Of a DNA stretch of 48,046 bases, positions 1 through 6,013 are shown piece by piece. The notes beneath the pieces are model-generated. The model was not told the origin of the DNA. It ran no database searches and saw nothing but the letters and a program-made list of their open reading frames with translations. How positions within the stretch are numbered: the stretch's first letter is position 1; every line of letters starts with the position of its first letter. This stretch comes from a bacterium. GTDB taxonomy: Bacteria; Margulisbacteria; Marinamargulisbacteria; JABGVJ01. The stretch lies in assembly GCA_018646105.1 (NCBI GenBank), contig JABGVJ010000050.1:1-48046 (forward strand), written 5' to 3'. Both the position numbers and the translations under genes were made by a program.

Positions 1-157
1 CATCGATTTTTTATGGTGTTTTATCATTCCCCCATAATACGATTGATTTCTTTTAAAATATGGTCTATATCCTGAAAAGGTTTGGGGAAAGCATGTTCAA
101 TCTCTAGCTTTTTTGCACCTACAATGATTTTGGTACATGCGCTGATCTTCTTTTAAG

Positions 158-245
158 CCTCACCCCCTTTGTCTCTCAGTCACGCCTAACACTCACCCCC
201 TCGCACTTCGTGCTGTCCCCCTCTCTATTCTATAGAGGGGGACTC
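158..245. repeat. GC-rich double-hairpin dispersed repeat, copy R1
   Basis: Contains cctcaccccc (158-167), hairpin gcac-ttc-gtgc (203-213) and hairpin ccccctct/agaggggg (217-241). Positions 187-241 match the reverse complement of 42002-42060. Confidence 0.85.
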
Positions 246-604
246 TAATTCCATCGCTTGTCATGCTGAACTTGTTTCAGCATCTGTGTTGTTATTTTAC
301 TTACCCCTGGTAGGGGCATTAATCAAAGACTTGCGTCTTTGCGGTCTGGTCATCTTTTTTCTTTGCCAAAGCTCAAAGAAAAAAGAAGCAAAAAAGAAAA
401 AGCTTTTTAATGCGGCATAACTCGCTACGGTAATTCGTGATAGCCGCTTCGGTTCAGCCAAGCATCTAGCTACTTCTATTGATTTTTCTGTATGGATGCT
501 CGGCTTCTCTCTCAGCTCTTTCACGAATTAGCCTCCACTCAAACAAATGCCGCGGTAGGTTAGTTTTTCAAGCTATGCACCTATATATAGAAGGGGTAAA
601 TGTA

Positions 605-836
605 ATGAACCAAAAAAAAAGTACCAGAATACATCAGAAAAAATATCCGAAAAATAGGGTTTAAAATAGCAAAATTGCGGTTAGCTAAAAAATTGAGTCG
701 TAAAAAATTGGCTTATAGTATTGGTATGGCTAAAAGTTATTTGGGGTACATTGAAAAAGGGCAGTCTAATCCAACCATAGAAACGCTATATTTGATAGCT
801 GGAGGGTTAGGATGTGAAGTTAAGGATTTATTGTAA
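605..836 (+). pseudogene. XRE-family helix-turn-helix regulator with its reading frame split by an A9 homopolymer
   Basis: ATG at 605 follows a Shine-Dalgarno-like gaagggg (590-596). It reads MNQKK and then runs out of frame to a stop at 664. The +1 frame from 609 to the TAA at 834-836 reads ..KIGFKIAKLRLAKKLSRKKLAYSIGMAKSYLGYIEKGQSNPTIETLYLIAGGLGCEVKDLL, a textbook Cro/C1-type HTH, but it has no ATG of its own before the middle of the HTH. The two frames meet in the run of nine A at 612-620. Confidence 0.6.
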
Positions 837-984
837 TTAGGTTTTGGTTCCGGGAGTTCTTTAGCGGTTAATTCCTAGGTGTTTTATATTGATTTACAAT
901 GAATTCAATGAAGCTTAGGTTAGAAAATATTTTTTTTAAGAAATATCAACAAATCAATGGCAAAGTTTTCAATGTGGGGTTCGG

Positions 985-1275
985 TTAGTTTTGAAATAGT
1001 ATTGCCTCCGTATTTAATTCTGTCTTTAGACAATTATTATATTCATCAAAAATGTCCTTTAGCGTATTTAAAATAAGCTTTTCCTTTTCGTCTTCTGTTT
1101 CAGAACAAGTTAACGTTATACTTTTATCGTCATCAATCGCTTTTGTTAATCTTTCTATAAGTGCTGTAAAGTCAATATCATCTACATATTTTAAAACAAT
1201 ATCGTCACCTAATCCTGATATAGTTATGGCACTGTTAGCTCTATTTATAGTTGCCTCACATTTCGTGTTTATCAT
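985..1275 (-). CDS. Small acidic hypothetical protein (96 aa), operonic with the PHP-ATPase gene
   Basis: ORF of 96 aa. Its ATG (1275-1273) lies 8 nt after the TAA (1286-1284) of the upstream 799-aa gene, and a ggaaagg SD-like sequence sits inside the upstream 3' end. D/E-rich (DD, DDID, DDD, ETEDEKE). I recognise no motif. Confidence 0.6.
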   Translation of the reverse strand: MINTKCEATINRANSAITISGLGDDIVLKYVDDIDFTALIERLTKAIDDDKSITLTCSETEDEKEKLILNTLKDIFDEYNNCLKTELNTEAILFQN

Positions 1276-1283
1276 TTTTTATT

Positions 1284-3683
1284 TTACCTTTCCTTTAATA
1301 TTCTTTCTATGTTGTATTTTTTCGATCGTTTATCGAATATATACTCGCCACCGTCTAAAATACCACATATCTTTTTTTGAGCATGTTTATCTTCTAAAAC
1401 AATTTGTTTATAGGATATTTGATTTTCATTGTTTTCAGCTAGGATAATGCATTCTGCATCTCCATATACAACAATAGAGGGATTGTGTGTAACTAAAAAT
1501 ATTTGTTTCTGAAATTTAATATCTCTAAAAATATCTACTAATTTTTCAGTAATAAATTGGTTTCCTAAATTATCTTCTGGTTGGTCTATAAATATCAAAT
1601 TAGTGGTGGTTTTTTTTAATATTATTTCTACATACTTTTCTGAATTAAAACCAGGGCTATTATTTTTAGAAGTGCTGCCATCTTCGTATTTTAAGAAATC
1701 CGTAGGTTTATCTAAATAGCTCTCCAAATCTTTAATCAACGAATTGATCTTTTTAGATAAATTATTTGGTTGATTATTAGGAAGATTTTTTATTTTTATT
1801 TTTCCGTTTAACAGATATATCAAATTTAGATAAATGCTTTTCTGAGTATCTGAGTTACTTATTCCTTCAAGTATAATTTGTTTTAAATCATCTTCTTTTT
1901 CTATTTCTAAAACGAGCTTGGTTTGTTCATCTAACTCAATTTCTTTTTGTAATGAGTAATCAAAATTTTCTAATGCTTGACTTTTTAATCTTAAAATTTT
2001 CATTTTTACGAAAGTATCTTTTGCTTTTCCTATTAAAAGCTTTATCTCTTCTTGTGCCGCATGCTTTTGTCGTGCGTTTATGTTTAATGAGTCAGTTCTA
2101 ATTTTTAGTTTTGCATTAATTGAGGTTACTAAATTGATTTTCTTAGTGTTTTTTTCTTTTTTACTACTAATTAAAAACAGTTTTTTTTGAAGAAGTGTTT
2201 TAAATTCATTAATAATTCTAACTTCATCATCACTAAGTTCCAAAATTTTCTTTTGATTTATGCTCAGCAAGTTACTTTCTAAGTTACTAATTGAGTCCCT
2301 TAGAGCATCTAAATTGCGATCGAGATCATTGAATTTTTCACATAATTTATCATAATCAAACTTTAATATGAATTCCTTACTCAATATTTTATCGATAGTG
2401 CCCTTATGTAAATGATATTTTGTGCCTTCTACCGTTTCATATACATTTTTATAAGCATCGTTGAGTTCATTAATAACAAGATGCATTTGATCTTTATGTT
2501 TTCTGAATTTCTTTGTGAGTTGTTTGTATTCTTCAGCTTTATCTGACTTTTTGGCTAAATCTTCAAGTTTATTGTTTTCAAAATAATTAATAATATCACC
2601 TTGATTTATATATATTAAATCAGAGGTTATTGAAGTTACAGATTTATATTCCAGGTCATGTTTAGATTTAATTAGAACTTTGGTTTTATCTATTATATTG
2701 TCATATTTATCATCACTTTTGAGCTTATCAATTTTTTTACTAAATAAATTCATTAATAAACTTTTTCCACTTGACCGTCCCCCAATAATCACATTCATAT
2801 GAGGACTAAATTTTAATTCACAAAATTCTAAAATCTTGTGTTTGTCTATCTTTAACTTTTCTATAACATTATTTTGATGACCTATTTCTTCATATTCCTT
2901 AGACGATTTTATTCTTGAACGAGGATCAATAAATGCTAATCTTAAAGTATCATAAGATTTACTTCCTTTAATATAATAAAAATTATGTTCTTTACAATCG
3001 GGGTCTCCTTTATGCGTAAATGGATATTTTAATATATTGTGATTATCGGAAAACTCTATATAAGCAACATCATTTTTTGCTTTGAAAGAGTCTTGAAGCA
3101 TACCATCAAAACCTTCATTGTATTTCTGCTTAGCTTTTTCTGGCACTTTTTCTAAAGCACTTGGCATTAGCAATATCATTTTTTGAGCATCCTCTGTATT
3201 GCCTTTGTAACCAGCAACAATGCTTTTTTTATTCCCAGCATGGGGAATAAAGAAAAAATCATCATCAGGAAATAATTCTATTATTTCCTTAATTGTTAAC
3301 TTTCTATTTTTGAAAGTTAAGTGTTTTTCTCTATATTTATTGTCAAACTTTGCGCTTATTTCTTCGGCTTTGTCATATGTTGAATAATTAAAAACAAGTA
3401 ATGAATGATATCTTTTTCCATCTTTATCAATATCTAGTTCAACACCAACTAAAAGTAATGGGTCAGCTTCTGAATTATGATTTTCATAGTATTTTTTATA
3501 TGCCTCTAAATTGATAATATTATGGTCTGTTAAGGAAAAAATTTTAACTTCAGTTCTAGTTAATTTTTCATGCAAAGTATAAACAGAAAAATCGCCTTTA
3601 TAGTCATTATCTTTTGTTTTCTTTGAATAATCAGTATGTATATGAAGATCTATTTTTAACCATTCTGAATATTTTTTACTCAT
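1284..3683 (-). CDS. PHP-domain phosphoesterase fused to a Rad50/SMC-like ABC ATPase with a long coiled-coil insert
   Basis: The N-terminal ~260 aa carry the full PHP motif set: DLHIHTD (HxH), LTDHN (DH), GVELD (E), YHSLL (H), IPHAG (H), FSDNHN (DxH). Walker A is IIGGRSSGKS at aa 299-308. About 390 aa of K/E/L/N-rich heptad-like sequence follow. Walker B/D-loop is LIFIDQPEDNL at aa ~696 and the H-loop is FLVTHNPS. A possible signature-like NNSPGFNSEKY lies upstream of Walker B. Confidence 0.85.
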   Translation of the reverse strand: MSKKYSEWLKIDLHIHTDYSKKTKDNDYKGDFSVYTLHEKLTRTEVKIFSLTDHNIINLEAYKKYYENHNSEADPLLLVGVELDIDKDGKRYHSLLVFNYSTYDKAEEISAKFDNKYREKHLTFKNRKLTIKEIIELFPDDDFFFIPHAGNKKSIVAGYKGNTEDAQKMILLMPSALEKVPEKAKQKYNEGFDGMLQDSFKAKNDVAYIEFSDNHNILKYPFTHKGDPDCKEHNFYYIKGSKSYDTLRLAFIDPRSRIKSSKEYEEIGHQNNVIEKLKIDKHKILEFCELKFSPHMNVIIGGRSSGKSLLMNLFSKKIDKLKSDDKYDNIIDKTKVLIKSKHDLEYKSVTSITSDLIYINQGDIINYFENNKLEDLAKKSDKAEEYKQLTKKFRKHKDQMHLVINELNDAYKNVYETVEGTKYHLHKGTIDKILSKEFILKFDYDKLCEKFNDLDRNLDALRDSISNLESNLLSINQKKILELSDDEVRIINEFKTLLQKKLFLISSKKEKNTKKINLVTSINAKLKIRTDSLNINARQKHAAQEEIKLLIGKAKDTFVKMKILRLKSQALENFDYSLQKEIELDEQTKLVLEIEKEDDLKQIILEGISNSDTQKSIYLNLIYLLNGKIKIKNLPNNQPNNLSKKINSLIKDLESYLDKPTDFLKYEDGSTSKNNSPGFNSEKYVEIILKKTTTNLIFIDQPEDNLGNQFITEKLVDIFRDIKFQKQIFLVTHNPSIVVYGDAECIILAENNENQISYKQIVLEDKHAQKKICGILDGGEYIFDKRSKKYNIERILKER

Positions 3684-3825
3684 ATTTTATCATCACTTCC
3701 CCACTCATCAATTTCGGCAATAATGTATCACGGAGTTTTTGAAGGTGTTGGTATTGTCGTAACTGGCAATACCGCTGTTTTCTGACTTACCTTCTAAGTG
3801 CTCCTGCAATCGCTTGCCATTATAT

Positions 3826-4230
3826 TTATTTTTCATTCAACAATGGCTCTTCTTTTGCAAATGTTGCGCCACAATGACCACACACTTCTGCCTCACCATC
3901 AATGGATGTCCTGCATTTAGAACATTTATAAATATCAGAACAAGTCACCGCGCTTAGGAGGCCGGCTATTAACCAGCCAATTCCAAAAGTAAAGCAACTC
4001 GTTACAATGGCACCGGCTAAAAAGAGTACACCTGCCCCCGTTTTACCTTGCACAAATTGTCCTACGCCAGGAATAAAAAAAGATATTATCATTACAAAAC
4101 AACCAGCAGATTCTTTTATTTTTTTAGCAGAATTTTCCGTAGCCTTGTTTTCGTTTAACAGTTCACCGCAATGTTTACACTTTATGGCTTTTTCCTGAAT
4201 TTCCTCAGCGCAGTAAGGACAGTTTTTCAT
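3826..4230 (-). CDS. Membrane protein with N- and C-terminal zinc ribbons flanking a TM2-like hydrophobic core
   Basis: N-terminal CPYC..x13..CKHC and C-terminal CSKC..x11..CGHC cysteine pairs. The central segment FFIPGVGQFVQGKTGAGVLFLAGAIVTSCFTFGIGWLIAGLL looks like two TM helices of the TM2-domain type. Same strand as the PHP-ATPase gene and 142 bp upstream of it. Confidence 0.75.
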   Translation of the reverse strand: MKNCPYCAEEIQEKAIKCKHCGELLNENKATENSAKKIKESAGCFVMIISFFIPGVGQFVQGKTGAGVLFLAGAIVTSCFTFGIGWLIAGLLSAVTCSDIYKCSKCRTSIDGEAEVCGHCGATFAKEEPLLNEK

Positions 4231-4352
4231 GATTTACTCCTTTTCTAGTCTTATATATCTTCCACGATTATATACCAAACCTCCTCGCAATAAAATCCCC
4301 AGTTTTTCTTATTTTTATGCTTAATCCAGATATCTGTCTAAAACGATCTACC

Positions 4353-4476
4353 GGCACATTGAAAGCGAAAATCGACGAGCAAGAGAACGACACTTTAAAT
4401 TTTCATGTCTGAGCGTAGCGAGTTTGAAAATTTAAAGCGAGTGAACGCAGTGAGGACTATTTAAGCTTTCAGTGCC
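4353..4476. repeat. 124-nt nested inverted-repeat element (MITE-like or a structured RNA)
   Basis: Outer arms are ggcacattgaaagc (4353-66) and gctttcagtgcc (4465-76), with a 2-nt bulge. Inner arms are a perfect 13 bp: ctttaaattttca (4393-4405) and tgaaaatttaaag (4425-37). Confidence 0.7.
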
Positions 4477-4674
4477 AATAAGCCAAGGAAGGTTTGCAAA
4501 AGGAAACCTAGCGGCTTTAGCTTGGTTTCCTTTTGATAAGATCGCAAAGGACGCAGGCCTTTGCATTAACACCATCGCTGGTAACGATTACCTTTTACTG
4601 GAATGCAGACACAGATTCCGTCAGTGACAGGGTTACGGTACCTTAACCTATTTCAAATTTTTTACAGAAAAAGT

Positions 4675-4722
4675 GTCACCATAGTGACAGTTATGCTCAA
4701 GGAGATTGTCACTATAGTGACA
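4675..4722. promoter_or_regulatory. Two copies of a GTCAC-N4-GTGAC palindrome (putative operator pair) upstream of the 4851 ORF
   Basis: tgtcaccatagtgaca (4674-4689) and the perfect 16-bp palindrome tgtcactatagtgaca (4707-4722). Their centres are 33 bp apart. A related gtcagtgac lies at 4620-4628. A tataat box at 4753-4758 lies just downstream. Confidence 0.55.
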
Positions 4723-4850
4723 TTTTCACTAACCATCTCGGCTATTTTTCGCTATAATGAAATCACAGATTGACACTGATCAATAACGCAGTATGGCTAT
4801 TTTGGGGTAATTCCAAGTATATATACTTGAAAGAATAGAGGGGAAAACAA

Positions 4851-6011
4851 ATGCAAACTGAAGAGCAAAATTCTGTTACCCAAATTCAAGATATACAAGA
4901 AATAGCTAACAAGCCGGTTATTAAGGCTGAGGATGTTGCGTTTGGAATAGAAAAAAAAAATCTATCTAGCCTAATTTTTTTCTTAGAAAATCAAACATCT
5001 AATAGCTGCCTTTATTTCACACCTGATTTACACGATTTCTACCATGATTTCAAACATAAAATAAATAAAAATAAAATAATTTATGATATTAATAAATATA
5101 AAAACGAAATATTTAAGCATAAATTTTTATTAAAAAATATTTTCTGTGTTTTAGATTTTTCTGGATTTGAAAAATATGAAGATTCTGTTACGTACGATTT
5201 TTATGGGGCCTTGAAAAAAAGAAGTAAATTTAATTGTGTTTTAACTATTTTAAAAAATATTAATAACTTATTAGCAGAAAATGGCAATATAAAACTGTTT
5301 ATTTTAAATAAAAATCCTAAAATCAATATAATAAAACTATTTTTAAATTGTGCTTATTTTGACAATATTGTAATTAATAAAAATATTATTATAGCTCAAA
5401 AAAAAAGCTTCGAAAATTACACATTTGATCATGGCAATTTAACATTTAAAGAAACAATTAATATTGAAGACGTAAAAAAAATTCAAAATTTTGCTAAACT
5501 GTTATTTAAGGAAAATAATTTTGATATTTCAATAGATAGTTTATTTACCCCAAATTCGAGCTTTTATTATTGCTATAGAACTGATACTGAGGAGATAGTG
5601 AATTTCATGAGGTATACTTGGTATCTGCCAAAATATCCGATGCCTTGTATGTTGGCTCAAAAGAAAGATTCTCAAGAACACATAAAACTTTGGAATTCTG
5701 AGAAAAAACTTTACGGGGAAATTTTTGCGCCTTTTAATAAAAAATTATCGGCAGTAAAAGCTTATAAAGAATTTGTTAAAAATCTTTTGCAATATTGCTT
5801 AAACAACAATATATATAAAGTATATACAACTTATAATATTAAAGATTTGTTAAGTGGAATTGTATTCAATAAATATTTTGGTTTTGAAAAATCTGATATA
5901 AGTTTAATATACGGTGATTTTAAGAATACTTGGGCTTTGATTAAAGGAGAGCCAAAATTAATGGAGCCTATTCTAAATAAATTTATTGGGATAAAAGAAA
6001 GGATTTTTTGA
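4851..6011 (+). CDS. Hypothetical protein (386 aa), extremely AT-rich, coupled to the downstream sensor kinase
   Basis: Long uninterrupted ORF in very AT-rich DNA, where random stops are frequent. aggggaaaac lies upstream of the ATG. Its stop (6009-6011) lies 2 nt before the kinase ATG at 6014 and overlaps the TTG at 6008. Only weak, degenerate resemblances: VLDFSGFEKY...LLAENGNIKLFI is methyltransferase-fold-like and the C-terminal ..YFGFEK is GNAT-like. Neither is convincing. Confidence 0.6.
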   Translation: MQTEEQNSVTQIQDIQEIANKPVIKAEDVAFGIEKKNLSSLIFFLENQTSNSCLYFTPDLHDFYHDFKHKINKNKIIYDINKYKNEIFKHKFLLKNIFCVLDFSGFEKYEDSVTYDFYGALKKRSKFNCVLTILKNINNLLAENGNIKLFILNKNPKINIIKLFLNCAYFDNIVINKNIIIAQKKSFENYTFDHGNLTFKETINIEDVKKIQNFAKLLFKENNFDISIDSLFTPNSSFYYCYRTDTEEIVNFMRYTWYLPKYPMPCMLAQKKDSQEHIKLWNSEKKLYGEIFAPFNKKLSAVKAYKEFVKNLLQYCLNNNIYKVYTTYNIKDLLSGIVFNKYFGFEKSDISLIYGDFKNTWALIKGEPKLMEPILNKFIGIKERIF

Positions 6012-6013
6012 AA

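Noticed and set aside
1-152. Possible gene fragments at the left edge: a plus-strand frame ending at 75, and a minus-strand frame ..KIIVGAKKLEIEHAFPKPFQDIDHILKEINRIMGE ending near 24
   Set aside because: Both are too short. The minus-strand frame has no ATG, and neither shows a recognisable motif. I cannot tell which, if either, is real.
263-283. Hairpin atgctgaa-cttgt-ttcagcat as an intrinsic terminator
   Set aside because: It is only 8 bp and AT-rich, it is followed by an interrupted T-rich stretch, and no gene ends upstream of it within the window. Too weak to call.
325-335. 11-mer aaagacttgcg shared, in inverted orientation, with 43209-43219
   Set aside because: An 11-nt match is expected many times by chance in 48 kb on two strands, so it is not evidence of a repeat on its own.
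297-524. 75-aa minus-strand ORF in the ORF track
   Set aside because: The translation is low-complexity (FFFFASFFFELW) and comes from an A/T run. There is no SD and no recognisable domain, and it lies in hairpin-rich non-coding DNA. Treated as non-coding.
479-604. Upstream part of the 61-aa plus-strand ORF (479-664)
   Set aside because: Only the last 20 codons, from the ATG at 605 with its SD, make sense, as the displaced N-terminus of the frameshifted XRE gene. The upstream part has no support.
1052-1447. 131-aa plus-strand ORF antisense to the 96-aa ORF and the ATPase 3' end. The same issue applies to 4007-4198, 7498-8053, 8641-8993, 10191-10460, 11538-11735, 12713-12937, 15846-16031, 18738-19109, 22068-22349, 23405-23614, 26342-26593, 30186-30380, 33498-33680, 36436-36636, 38718-38909, 40119-41092, 41273-41491 and 43691-43912
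   Set aside because: All lie antisense to or inside ORFs that carry strong family motifs. Their translations are low-complexity and typical of shadow ORFs in AT-rich DNA.
4949-4958. A10 tract near the 5' end of the 386-aa ORF as a phase-variation switch
   Set aside because: Runs of 8-10 A or T are frequent throughout this AT-rich window, for example at 5399-5407 and 6505-6513, and the frame is intact here. That is not enough to single it out, unlike the A9 tract that actually splits the XRE gene.
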